Part shown: positions 26,091-39,761 of the stretch, piece by piece
How positions within the stretch are numbered: position 1 is the first letter of the stretch
Layout of the letters: the number at the start of each line of letters is the position of its first letter
From: Lama guanicoe
Taxonomy: Eukaryota
Assembly (NCBI GenBank): GCA_013239625.1
Contig: MU053652.1
Location: 3,102,001-3,166,000, forward strand
Length of the DNA stretch: 64,000 bases
Direction: 5' to 3'
Position numbers and translations under genes: made by a program
The notes under the pieces: model-generated
What the model saw: only the letters and a program-made list of their open reading frames with translations
Databases searched by the model: none
What the model was told of the DNA's origin: nothing

Positions 26091-27305
26091 ATGAAGACAT
26101 TTAGTTAGTGGCTTAAGGATGGTCAAGTATATTGCAGTCTGATCATACTGTTCTACTGCTGTCTAATGAGACTCACCATGAAAGTCTGCATCTGAAGTTT
26201 GCTTAGAATTCTGAAATTGAGTCCTGAGGAATGACCTATCACTCACACTGGAGAGTAGCATGGGGGAGGGATACCAGTAAGTCTTAAGTTACATCCCTAG
26301 TCTCAGAAAATCAGATGAGCGGTTCATAGGTCATGATTTAGGAAGAAATAAAGGGGCTGTAGAAACTACTTTCTGGCAGGCAGTTTTAATGTCATTTCAT
26401 CAAAAGTGAGAATAATGCGAGGATTGGGTGGGAGGGAGGAGGGGAATGACAATACTTTGAGGTTCCTGAGGGAACTAACAAGCTGAGACCATCCACAGAC
26501 TTGGTAAGAAATATTCAAACCTGAAACAGCTTTTCTGCCTGAATAGTGGTACTGTCCCTAGACATTATGTCTGAAGGGTTATTGCCAGGACCTGTCTTAG
26601 CACAAGAAAGGAAATGAGATACTAGTCTAATCTGACTTAGCCACCTCTGTAGTGAAACTTCTCTCTCAGAGATCTCCAGTAACTTCTTAATTGCAAAAGC
26701 TAGTCTTTCAGTCCATGTTTTACTTGACTGCTCTTTTAGTTTTAATATGGTTAAACACTCCCTGGGAAGTTCTACCCTCCCTGGCTTTCAGAACCATAGT
26801 CCTTCTTCTGTCTGATTACCCCATTTTATTCTTTCACAAAAGTGGCTGTTTTCTTCTGCCTGTCAGAGAGACCTCATGAACTAATCATTTTAGTCGGTTA
26901 CTTTTAAAGGGTTATTTTTAGTCCGATGGGTGTGGGGGACTTTTGGGGATTTCAGCATGGGGCTGTCTATATCATTGTCTTTATTTTTTATGCCAGTTAT
27001 CAGGATCTAATATTAGTATATGTTTAGGTAATGTGATTATTATCTTTTTTCCCACTGGAATGTAAGCTCCATGCTGGCAAAGACTTTGTTTTGCTCACTG
27101 CTGTGTTCTTAAGATTTAAAATATATTTATATATTTTATAAATAAATATAAATATCTTTATATTTATCCAAAAAGATAATAAATATTTGTTGAATCAATA
27201 GCTGCACAAGATAATTAAGATAATTGTGGGGTCAAGTGGAATTAGGTAGGGGTGGACTCCACAGGAGAGAAGACTTTAATCTCATGGTAACTTGATTCTT
27301 CTTAG

Positions 27306-27381
27306 TTTGACTAAGGACATGACTGGAAAGGAAGATGTGTACCGAGGCCCCGCCATCAGGGCTCTCTGCAGAATCACTGAT
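27306..27381 (+). CDS. COPG2: COPG2 exon 6
   Basis: ttag| [25 protein letters not shown] |gtaagt; 76 nt. Confidence 0.97.
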
Positions 27382-28852
27382 GTAAGTTCTTTGTTTTACT
27401 GAGCCATCAAAGGGAATCTGTGTTTATCTCTAAAGTGGCCATGTAAATTTAGTAGGATTCCCTAGTCTGACTTTGGGAATCATCAGTATAAGAGAAACTA
27501 GACCACCAGAAAGGCTTTTGTGACTCTAGGCTTTTTTTCTTTTAGGTTTTTTTTTCTTTTGTTTATTAACTTAGTTTCTCTCTATATTTATCTCATCGAC
27601 TTTTGTCATAGGGCATTGCTTGCAGAAAACAAAAACTCATTCAAATTTAGTTTGAAAAAAGAAAAAGCTTTATTACAAAATACTCATCTCTCAGAATTTG
27701 AGGTAAGTCTAACAACCAGATACCAGAACAAGAAATAGGGCAGCTCTGAGGAACTCAGCAGCAAGATTCTCAGATACTTACTATTATGATCCATCGTTTA
27801 CCAGGTTCAAGCCCCCTCATTTAAGTATTTAAGGGGGATGATCTGATTAACCATCAGACAACTAATGGCTTGTATCTGTCCACTTGAGTCCAAGTTGGGT
27901 GTTGAACCTTGACTTAGTCTGTTGTATTGAGAGGAATGAGGTTATGAAGTATGTGAGGCTGTCTCTTTCTTGGAAGTCTGAGCAGGAAAGGTTAAAATGA
28001 AGGGTAGGCTAGGCATTGCCAATCAAATTGAATAATAATAGTTCAGCTGTATTCATGATTGGATATATTTTATGTATATTTTTGCAGTCTTCTCAAGTTT
28101 CAAAGATTGAGCAGTATCACATGGTAAATCTGGATCCTAGAAGGGGTAATAGAAATGATTTAGTTATTTTTTACTGCTCGTTATTTTGTTGTAGTTGCTT
28201 TTGTTCTTAGCATTAAATTGATAGCATAAGACTTGACCATACCAGGGCTACAATAAGACCTTCTTCACCTAAGTATTGGTCTTGGCATGTTTACACATCT
28301 TTTATCTGCCGACACCTTCCTGGTGCTAAGCTTTCTTCCAAATAAGTTAACAGCTTTATTTTCTAAAGATTTCATACTGAGGCTCAGTATAGTAGTATAT
28401 TCCACGTTTAATTTCTTATGTGTCTAAAATAATAAGAGATTATAGTTGATTTATAGGAACCTCTGGGATCCATATAAAATATATGCCCTATGCATAGTTA
28501 TCTTCAGGACTTGAAAAGCAGCTTCCATCCCATTTAGGAATTTCTTTTATAATATCCCTGAAAGGTTCAGCCTTTACTTATGTTTCCTCCAAACTGAGAT
28601 TCTCCACTTCGAGACATTTTGTTTCATTGTAGAACAGTTATTCTTCTTCCTTACATACACTCTTAAATGTTCCTCCTTGAATCTGCCACTTGGTTGTCTT
28701 GGTTCTTCCCTGAGATACGATAAGCCTTTTAATACATTCTAGATATTTGTACAGAAACAAATATTTGACTGGTTTTTGTAAATTACTTTGAAGTGATAAT
28801 TTTGCATGAAAATGTTTTGCTTCATCAGCTTTTTCTTTATGAATGTTATTAG

Positions 28853-28945
28853 GGAACGATGTTGCAGGCCATTGAAAGATACATGAAGCAGGCCATTGTG
28901 GATAAAGTCTCCAGTGTGTCCAGTTCAGCACTGGTATCTTCCTTA
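28853..28945 (+). CDS. COPG2: COPG2 exon 7
   Basis: ttag| [31 protein letters not shown] |gtaagt; 93 nt. Confidence 0.97.
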
Positions 28946-29913
28946 GTAAGTGAGCAAGTAGCCGTGTGGTTCTCATGCATGGTATGGTTTCTAGTTGCAA
29001 AAACAAAGTGTCGTTGTGGTTCTCTCACAAGTGAAATATTAAAACATATGTATATATTTCTATTACTTTATACAAGAGTGCTTTATTGGACAGAGGACCA
29101 TTGAGCAATTAAAATGGGCAGTTAAAAACATGAAATTTACGCATGTTTGAAAGGTTTTGGTCATCAGAAAGTTGTATTGTACATACAATACAGATGGAGG
29201 TAAGAGTGGGATGGGGATCAGGGAAGAAACTGAGAATCAGTCTCTTTCTTTAAATCTTCCTTGATGACCTGCCCTTCTGCCTCTTGCCTCTTTGTCCTCT
29301 GCTTTTGTTGGTGCCCTGTGTCTGCAGTTTTCCTTCAATCCAGAGTCTCCCGTCCTGCTACTGAGTTTCCTCCCGGGAAGTGCTCTTTGTTTTAGTAGTA
29401 CCTTTTCTTTCTCTTTTTCATCAAAGTAAAATTCATTCATGACAGCCTGTAACGTTGCATTTGATTAAAATTAGTTACTAATGTGTGAATGGATAGATCA
29501 TCTGAATCACAAAAATTGCTGGTTCTGATATAATTGGTCAAGTTTTACAGCAAGCACTCTGCTTTTTTATGGTACTGTGGTTTCTTTCAGGTGAGTTTCC
29601 TGAAAGTAAAACCTGTAATGTTAACATTATTTAAGTACTATCCTATTAATTATCCATTCCCTTCCTGCTCTTTCTTTCTCATTGTTTCCCTTTAAAATGT
29701 GCCCACAAAACGTGCTCACCTTTGCAAAGAGGTCTTGGAGAAAGTATTTCAGGTTTGTTAGTTGGCTCAGAGACTTGAAATAGACTTATAAAGCTACTAA
29801 GCTGTTTCTTTTTTCCGGAAATATTTGTTAGTGATTTTCCAAGAAAACTAACTCAGTGTTTCTAAACTTTTAGTGACCATGCATGATCTGTTCTCAATTT
29901 TTTCTGTATTTAG

Positions 29914-30000
29914 CACATGATGAAGATAAGCTATGATGTGGTTAAGCGCTGGGTCAATGAAGCCCAAGAAGCTGCTTCGAGTGATAATATTATGGTCCAG
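29914..30000 (+). CDS. COPG2: COPG2 exon 8
   Basis: ttag| [29 protein letters not shown] |gtactg; 87 nt. Confidence 0.97.
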
Positions 30001-31091
30001 GTACTGTCATTGAGTCACCTTGCCTTATGTCTCAAGATCATCTTTCTTTAACCCTACATTTTAGGGGCAATTTATTGATTCCCCCGAGGAGTATTAGCTG
30101 AATATTATAGTACGACTAATATTAATCAGCTTAATATTAGGCAGCCTATTAGTGCATATTCTCAAGTAAACATCCCACTCGTGATGATTACCGCCGTAGG
30201 CCCTGCTAATGTTTAGTAGACACTGTAACAGTGTTTGGGAAAAGTCCTTATGCTCAGTAGTAGTTTGAGATGCTCATTCCAAAGGTCATAATGCGTTTCA
30301 GTCCTTTGTTTGAAAATAATTTGTGAAGAAGGATGTTCAATTCTAAGCTTTTCAGGCCTTGATTATAGTAGACATTATAAAAACAGTACAGAGTAATTTT
30401 CACTTTGTGAAGCTTTGAAATTATTTTGTTGGAAAGATCTCTTTTTGATACTCATTGGGCTAGTCTTAATTAAAAGGAACAAAATTAAATCTTAACTGGC
30501 AATTTTATGTGAAGCACCCCATTTGTATTTGAGAGGGTACTTATTTCTCCCCTTCCACTGTTTATAACTTCTCATGTTAGCATATTCAGTTATGAGGAAA
30601 TAGAGTAGTAATTTTTCCCTTGGGAAACATTCTCACCCTCCTAACTCTGATCACTGTGTTTTTACACGAAGTGCCATGATAATTATACTCCTTAAGCCTC
30701 CTTTAGGGGATTAATCCTTTAACTACTAACATAACCACAGATGATTTAAAGCCACTAAGAGAGACCTGTAACACTGGTAAAGCCTTGGACCTGAGAACCT
30801 TTGTACTAAGGATGGATGGGGCAACGCTGAGCCTGCTAGAGCCATCTTCAGATTGTATGTCACCTCCTTAATACTTACCTAATCTGAATTAACGACTTCT
30901 GGGGGTAAATTAGAAACTCTTATTCTTTCAATCTTGCCTGTGTTTGATTCAGTATGAAAAAAATATTCTATTTGTATAGACTTGGGTATCTTTTTATTAA
31001 AAATCTAGTTCCATATTCTATTTTCATGTAAGTTTTATCCTTTTCCTACTCAGCTGTCTCTCTATGTTACATTCTCTTCTTCTTTTTTTAG

Positions 31092-31249
31092 TACCATGCG
31101 TTGGGAGTTTTGTATCACCTTAAAAAGAATGATCGCCTTGCTGTTTCTAAGATGTTGAATAAATTTACTAAATCTGGCCTCAAATCACAGTTTGCTTACT
31201 GCATGTTGATCCGAATTGCCAGTCGCTTACTGAAAGAAAATGAAGAGGG
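31092..31249 (+). CDS. COPG2: COPG2 exon 9
   Basis: ttag| [52 protein letters not shown](G) |gtaagt; 158 nt. Confidence 0.97.
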
Positions 31250-32759
31250 GTAAGTGTTTTCACCTAAACCTAAGTAATTTTCCATTTGCTGGTTAACATA
31301 CTTCAGAGTTTATTTCCTTTATGAGTATTTTTGGGCAATGCTGACTTTACAGATGGATTTAGTGTTTTCCAAATTAAGAAAAAAATCATAGGATTCCATG
31401 TAACAACTTTTATTTTTACCTTAATGTATGCTTTGGTAGATATACTTTATAAATTATGATTGCTAGTAATACAATAACAAACTGATATTGAACAAAAATA
31501 TTTATCATAGGGTATACAATAATTAAATGTGAAAGCTAGAAGTGACATTAAGAATCATCTTGTTTATCCCTTTTATTTTTATAAAAGAATGTTGAAGTAC
31601 TGCATTTATTTAAATGATTTATTTATTTAAAGTGTGTCAGACCAGTAGAATTACACGTTTGTAAGGTTTTATGTTGTTCATGGCATAGTGTTATATTATC
31701 TGATGGTAGACTAATAATATAAGGATGAATACTGTAATCTCTCGAGTAATCATTTAAAAAACTAGGAAATATAATGTAAATGTCAACAGAGAAGATAAAA
31801 TGGAATATTAAAAAATATTCAGTTGAGCTTCCTGTTTTTAATAATGGTAGAGTAGCTTGGTAATATTAGTCTTCCTGCAAATAATAATTATATCATTAGC
31901 ACAAAACTGTGCTTCCCCAGAGCAAGAAAACCCATACTATTTGAAAGTACTGGTGAGTGGTGAAAAGTAGGCAGAAACTGGAGGAAAATTAATGCCTGGA
32001 AGACGGAAACTATACTGTGTGAGATTTGTGTGTCTCTGGCTAGTCTCTGAGGGCACGCCACAATTCTTGGGCGTGGGATCACAGGAACCCATAGTATTTA
32101 CTGGACAGTGGGGTCAGAACATAGTTTGAAATTAGAAGAGTGATGAAAATTTAGGGTGGAAATCCTGGGAAAGAGGAAGCCACAGTTAGAGCAAGCCTCA
32201 AAATCAGTGTTAAGCTCTGCAAAAATTCTTGACTGACCACCAAATGATGCATATACAGAGAAAGACTCCAGAAAACCTGGCAAAAAGTAGTAGCTGTCAG
32301 CTGAATGAACTGAATGGAGAATTCAGTTGCAGCTCACTAGGGAGGAGATAAAGTTTGGAATTTGGTCCCAGCCAAGTTACCTGCCTGCTGGGGAAACATT
32401 ATAAATTCTAGAGTCTTTGCATCATATCATTCTCAGTGTCTGTATGTAGTATAAATTAAATTGCTTGACGTGCAAAGAATTTGGAAAATATGGCCAGTAG
32501 TAAAGAGCAAAAGTAATCGAAAGAAATTGACCCTAATATGGCCCAGATATTGGAATTAGCAGATAAAAATTTAAAGCACCTATTATAAATTTGTTAAAGA
32601 GTTTAATGGGAACTAGTTATAATGAATGAATAGAGGAAGTGGAAACTATAAAAAAGAGCTAAAAAGGAATTTTAGAACTTAAAGTAGTATATCAGAATTC
32701 AACCAGAGAAGCAGAAACCGTAGGAGATAAAAATATAAAAGCATCTTCAAGATTGTCTC

Positions 32760-33161
32760 TGTGTTAGTTTGCTAGGATTGCCGTAGAAAATACCACAGAC
32801 TGAGTGGCTTACACAACAGAAATTTATTTTCTCACAGTTCTGGAGACTAGGAAATCAAAGATCAGAGGGCCAGTAGGGTTGGTGTCTGGTGAGAACTTTC
32901 CCTTGGGTTGCAGATGTCTGCCTACTCGGTGTATGCTCACATGATCTTCCTTTGGTGCATGTGCAGGGAGAGAGAGAGCGAGCTCTGTTGTTTCTTTAAG
33001 GATATTAATCCTATCAGATCAAGACCCCACCCTGTGACCTCATTTAACCTTAATTACTTCCTTAGTGGTCCTGTCTCCAAATTGGGTCATACTGTGGGTT
33101 AGGGCTTCAATATGAATTTGGTGGGAGCGGGGGGAAGAATACAAGCATTCAATCCGTAACA
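32760..33161 (-). mobile_element. MLT1A/B-like MaLR solo LTR
   Basis: TG...CA ends; ataccacagactgagtggcttacacaacagaaatttattttctcacagttctggag. Confidence 0.85.
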
Positions 33162-34066
33162 GTTACCTCATATATTTTCCTATATTTTTATTATAATTTA
33201 ATACAAAGTTAACTTTTAAAAGTGGTAATTTCTCAGACCTGTAGAAAGAAAGATGTGATTATTAGAGTAAAAAAACAAAACAAAACACCAAATGTGAGTA
33301 GAATGAAGGACAAAGATAAACAAGCAAGCACATTTTATCAGTGAATTTTTTGAGCATCAAGGATAAAGAGAAAATTCTAAATTTGATGTAAAGAAAATTT
33401 GACTTATATAGTTTTATTTCAGATTTCTCTCAGCTGCATTGCATGTGAGGCATCATGGAGCAATATCTTCATAATGCAAAGGGAAATTAACTGTCAGTCT
33501 AGAATTCTATACCCAGCCAAACTATCATTCATCAGTGATGGCAAAAGGAAGGTATTTTCAAACATAAAGTTTATGTTTACCAGTCACTTTGTAAGAATTA
33601 TTCATAGATTTACTCCAGCACAAACAAATAGATACTTAGAAGGCAATAGTGGGATTTAAGAAGTAATAGTAAGCAGTGGAATTCTCACTGCTTATGTAGA
33701 TAATTCTAAAGAGATATTTTAACTTTAAAATTTGATAACAAGTTCAGAAATACCAGGATAGCAACATGATAAATAATGATGTTAGATGGAAATAAAAGCA
33801 TGTTAAGATTTTTTTGTTGTTGTTTTGGTTTTGAGTTTTTTGTTTGTTTTTGTTTGGGAGGAAGATAATTGTTAATGATTAATATTAAACTTTGTTAGAA
33901 AAATATATGGGTTAGTAACTAAGCATATAAATGAAATGTAAAGCTTTAAAAATGTGGAAATAAAAATGGAACAAAGAAAATTTGATTGAAGGTTGGTAAG
34001 GAAACAATAATAAAGACAGAATATATAAATAGAAAACAAAATGAATTGGATGGAATTAAGTGCCGA

Positions 34067-34530
34067 TGTGTTAGTTATCGTTTGCTGTGTGAGCAGCTTT
34101 AGCAGACATTTATTGTCTCAGTTTCTGTGGTCAGGAATCTGGAAATGGCTTAGGTGTCTGGTTTTGCTTCAGGGTCCCCTCTTGATGTTGCAGTCAAGTT
34201 GAGAGCTGCAGTCATCTGGATATGCAAGATTCAGTTTAGTTTCACTTGTGTAGTAGTTGACAGGCCTCGGTTTCTCCCTGGCAATCAGCCAGATGCTTCG
34301 TTTCTCACTTTGAAAGCCTCTCTATAGTCTGCCTGAATGAGCTGCTGGGAGAGCCTCAGATGAAAGTGGGAGGGATTTATAACCTAATATCAAAAGTGAC
34401 ACACCATTGCCTCTGATGGATTCTCTTGGTCACACAGACCAACCCTAGTATAGCATGGGAGGGGACTGCACAAGGATGTGGATGTTCAAAAGTGGAGATT
34501 TGGGGGGGACATTTTGGAGGCTGGCTAGCA
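34067..34530 (-). mobile_element. MLT1F-like MaLR solo LTR
   Basis: tgtgttagttatc...ctcagtttctgtggtcaggaatctgg...tggtcacacagaccaaccctag...attttggaggctggct. Confidence 0.7.
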
Positions 34531-35084
34531 AATGAAATATTTCAGTTGTCATAATAAATATAAATGGGTTTACTTATATTATTAAAAGAATACTTATTAA
34601 AAGAGTCTCAGATTGGGTAAACAAAATAACAGACCTACTATTGCTACTATTAAATTTACAAAAGACACTTCTGAACAAAATGATAAGAAAACAAAATAAA
34701 TAAATATGTCAAGAATATATTGTAGGTATATACTAACACAAAGTGCAGTTTAGTAGTATTAGTATAAGCCAGAATGGGAATCAGGGTTTAGAGCATTAAA
34801 AATGACTTAAGTGGATTCTTGTATTCTGACAAAAGTAATGGTCTGAAAAACGTGCAACAGGAATGATCTTGCATATACTTAATAATACCATTTCAAAGTA
34901 TGTAAAGCAAAATCTTAAATATAAGAAATTAAGTTCTTGTGCTGACTTTAAGCAAACTTCTCTTAGATTTGCCAATCAAGAATAAAAACCCATAGACTGT
35001 AGATGATCTGTACATCACTGATAATAAAACTAACCTCAGATTTATAACCCTGTGTCTAAGAGAGAATATACAATATTCTTTAAA

Positions 35085-37900
35085 ATTTTTAAATTGAGGA
35101 ACATAATGTACATACAGAAAAATACGTGCAAGTTATGCAGTTATAGTTGTATGTACGTTCTGTCCAGTTGCTGTGAAACACCCTTATAATGACTGTATAC
35201 ATTAGGTATAGTTTATTTCTAGTATTTAAAAAATGCTTTATGTATCCTTCTTGGTCATAATTACTCCCAGTAGAAACCACTATTGTGACTTTTATGGTAG
35301 TCATCTCTTTGCTTGTATTTAGATTTTTTACCCCTCCGTGCATGCATCCCTAAACAGTAAGGTTTAGTTTTGCTTTGTTTTGAACATTCTCTCCATTGAA
35401 TCACGCTATATTTTGGGTCTTATTTTTTTCACTCAGTATTTTGGTGTAAGATTCATCCTTGTTTTTGGTGTAGCTCTAGTTTATTTTAATTGTATTTTGT
35501 ATTTCCTTGATTGAATACTTCCCAGTTTATTTATATTCATTCTTCTATTAACAGGCATTTGGACTGTTTTGAGCACTTGTTAATAATGAAATGGCTATAA
35601 ACAGCATCCCTGTACCTGTACCACACAGAGTTATCTCTTTGTACGTAACATGCACTTCTATAGAGTCTATATCTAGGAACAGAATTGCTGGATTGTTGGG
35701 TATACATCTCTTTACTAAGGAATGTTAGGCTTTCTGTTTTCAAAGTGACTGTACCAGTGTGCATTCCAGCCAGAAGTGTGGATGATACTGATTTTCTGAG
35801 GCTTGATATTTTCAAACTTTTACATTTTTACTAACCTAAGGAATATGTTATATATGTTTTATTGAGATACAACTCACGTATCATAAAATTCACCTTTTTA
35901 AAGTGTGTAATTCAGTGGTCTTCAGTATATTCACAAAGTTGTATAACAACCACCACTAACTCCAGAACATTTTCATCACCCTAAAGAGAATCCCCCAACC
36001 CATTAAAAGTCACTCCCTATTCAACCCTCTCCTCAACCCCTAGAGAACATTAATCTGCTTCCTGTCTCTATGGATTTGCCTGTTCTGGACATTTCATATA
36101 AATGGAATCGTACAATATGTGGTCTTTTGTTTTTGGTTTCTTTCACTTACAGTAGTGCTTTCAAGGTTCACCTGTGTTATAGAAGTATCTGTACTTCATT
36201 CTTTTATGGCTGAGTAATATTCCACTGGGTGGCTATAGCATATTTTATTCATCTGTTCATCTGTTAATGAACATTTGGGTTGTTTCCAGTCTTTGGCTAT
36301 AATGAATAATGCCACTCTGGGCAGTCATATAATTTTTTATGTGAACATGTTTTCAGTTCTCTTGGACATTTATCTGTGAGTAGAATTGCCTAGTCATAGT
36401 ATAACTCTGTTTACCTTTTTGAGGAGTGCCAAACTGTTTTCCAAAGTGGTTGCACCATTTTACATTCTTGCCAGCCATGTATGAAGGTTCCAGTTTCTCC
36501 GCATCCTCACCAACATTCATTATTGTCTGTCTTTTTTATTATGCACACTGTAGTAGGTGTGAAGACATATCTTGTTGTGGGATTTTTTTCCCCATTGGAA
36601 AAGTTTTACTGAAAAAAAAGTTACACAAATAAGTTCTAGGTTTGACAGCTGGGAAGGCTGTGTTTCTCTAACAAGCCAGAGCATCTTTTCATGTGCTTAT
36701 TGGGCATGTGTGTATCTTCTTTGGGAAAGGTCTATTCAGATCATTTGTTCATTTTAAAAATTGGGTTATTTGTCTTTTATTGTTGAACTGTCAGCGTTGT
36801 TAAATATATTTTGGATACTAGAACTTTATTAGATACACAGTTTGCAAATACTTCCTTCCATTTGTGGGTTGCCTTTTCATTTTCTTGATAGTGTCCTTTG
36901 AAGCATGAAAGTTTTAAATTTTGATGAAGTCTAATTTGTCTTTTTTTCTTTGGTTGCTTTTGGTATTATACCTAGGAAACTATTGTTTAATATAAGGTCA
37001 GAAAGATTTACACCTGTGCCTCCTTCTTCTAAGAGTTTTTATAGTTTTATCTTTTACATTTTGGTCTTTGAAACATTTTGAGGTATTTCTGTACATGGTG
37101 TAAGGTAGGAGTCCAGTTTCATTCTTTCACATGTGGATAACCAGTTGCAGTAAGAGTTTGCAGTTGTCTCATTTGTCTTGGCATTCTTGTCAAATCATTG
37201 TGGTTTTAATTTGTAAATTCCTAATTACTAATGAGTATGAGAACGTTTTTGTATATTTATTAGCCATTTGGATATTCTTTCTTTTTAAATACCTGTTGGA
37301 ATTTTGCCCATTTTTGGGTAATGAGGATTTGAGTTATCTGTTTTATTCTCATTGATTTCTAGGTGTTCTTTATGTATTCTAGATGTGAGTCCTTTGTTGG
37401 TTGTACATGTTACAAATAGCTTTTCCACTCAAGTTTGTCTCTTCCCTTTCTTGGTATCTTAATGAACAGAACATTCTTAAATATAATACCAGTCTTGTAC
37501 TTTTGAAATAATATTTTTGGTATCTTGATCAAGAAATGTTTTCTACTCCAAATTCTCAAATATATCTTTTCTATTATTTTCTATAAGCACTATAGGTTTA
37601 GCTTTTATGTTTTAGGTCTGTACTTTACCTTGGAATTATTTTTTGGATATGGTATGAGACAGCAATATTTTTTTCCCATTTGGATACCCAGTAGTCCTAG
37701 CACTATTTATTGAAATATCTGTCTATACCCACTGCTGTGGTATCAGCTTTACCATAGGTCAGGTATCCTTATGTACATTGGTCTGTTTCTGGGCTCTTGT
37801 TCTCCACTGCTCTATATTTCTGTTCCTGTACCAGCAAAACATTGCCCTATCATCATAGCTTTATAATAGTGTAGATATATAGTGGAACAAATGCTCCTCC
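35085..37900 (-). mobile_element. Nested antisense L1 3' ends
   Basis: tgagatacaactcacgtatcataaaattcaccttttta; ctgtctctatggatttgcctgttctggacatttcatataaatggaatc. Confidence 0.85.
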
Positions 37901-38959
37901 CTTATTCATTTGCAGTAGTGTTCACAGCTCTTGTTTTGCATCCTTATTTCTCTTCCCTGTGTATATATAATTCTGTCAGGGGTTGTTTAGCTTTCCCCTC
38001 AGTTGAATTTGCCTCTTCCTGAGGCAGTCACACCAAGACCATTAATAATAACCAAGAAGTTCTAACCTGGGCAATCTTATCCCCTAGGTTTTTCACTCAC
38101 TGGGACTTTAGGGCTGTTTCCCACAGACACTAGTGAGACCAGCCATCCCAGTGACTGGCCATGCTGCCAAAATGCCAGAATGAGTCTTTGACCTCTCATC
38201 CTTTGATCCACTTCCGGAAAGCCATAGTAGAAACCTGACTTGATGCCCACCTTCCTGTAACAATTTTTATGCAAATAAGTACAGATGTCTAAGCAAAACT
38301 CACACCTTACCTACTGAAGTAATGTTCATTGGGAGAAACTCATAGATGGGCCCCACATTGCCCTTTCATCCTAGGACAGTGCACAGAGGTCTATAGGCAT
38401 TTTTCTCAGCCTGAGAGAGGGATTATGGCCCTTGGGCTTTGAGGCTTTAAAATTGCTTAAATACAGGAGCACCAGCCCCTCACTGTTGTGATCAGGGATG
38501 AGATGCAGAAATAATATAATGTGGCAAACATTACATCTGATGCCACAGAAATAAAAAAGATTGGAAGAGACTACTATGAACATGCCAACAAATTATGATA
38601 ACCTATTTTGACAGCTTAGCATAAATTTTGAGGGGAAGCAGCCCTTACCTGGCATAATCAGGGGCTGGGATCCAAACCTTGCTTGATGTATGACTTGGCA
38701 TGCTAGTAGCAGGAATCTCCATGACCCCCTTTACGATTGGGGAAGTACTGGCCCCTCCTTTGGTATGATGGGAAGGAGCTTGAGTCCAAGCTTTGTGGTT
38801 GAGCAGAATCAATTACCTTACAGATTTGGCTGAGTCCAGTTTTTATGGAGGTTCTTAGGAACCTAGCTTCTTTCTGGGTGGCCAGAAGACCAGTTTTGGA
38901 CAAAATGATCCTTACCCCTCATTTGTTAAACTCACTTGTTCATTCTCGGAATTTCTCTG

Positions 38960-39714
38960 ACAGTTCCTTTTGATTTTGTATGTATATTATCATAGGTGGC
39001 ATTTCAAAAATATGTAGTTTTTCACTATAAACTTCCCTCTTAGTACTGCTTTTTTGCATCCCATAACTTTTGATATGCCATGTTTCTGTTTGTCTGAAGG
39101 TATTTTCTAATTTCCTCTTTGATTTCTTCTTTGACCTATTGGTAGTTGAAGAGTGTATTGTTGAATATCCACATATTTATAAATTTTCCAGTTTTCCTTT
39201 TGTTATTGATTTCTAGTTTCATTCATTGTGGTTGAAAAAGATACTTGGTATAATTTTAATCATCTTAAATTGAAGACTCGTTTTGTGACCTAACATGTGA
39301 TCTATTCTGGAAAATGTTCCCTGTGCACTTGAGAAGATTGTGTGTTCTGCTGTTGTTGGGTAGAATGTTCACTATATGTCTACTAGGTCAATTTGCTCTA
39401 TGATGTTCCAGCCCACTTACTGATTTTTCTATCTGGGTGTTCTATCCATTACTGAAAGTAGGGGGTTAAACTTTCCCATTATTGAATTACTCTCTATTTT
39501 TTCCTTTTGTGTATATCATTGTTTGCTTTCTATATTTAGTTTTTTGAAAAATTTTTTGACTATTCTGGGTCCTTATAAATTTTAGCATCACCTTTGAGTT
39601 TCTACAACAAAAAATCTGCCTGTTTTGGATTAATTGTTGCCACTATAGAAATACGGTGATTTTTTTATTTTTGCATGTTGATCTTGTAGTCTGTAACCTT
39701 GTTATGGTCATTTA

Positions 39715-39761
<47 letters not shown>

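Larger units (their letters stand above)
31690..35080 (+). mobile_element. Highly decayed sense L1 (5'/ORF1/endonuclease remnants), interrupted by MaLR LTRs
   Basis: ORF1-like CQSRILYPAKLSF at ~33490; ataaatataaatgggtt and ctcagattggg motifs. Confidence 0.65.
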
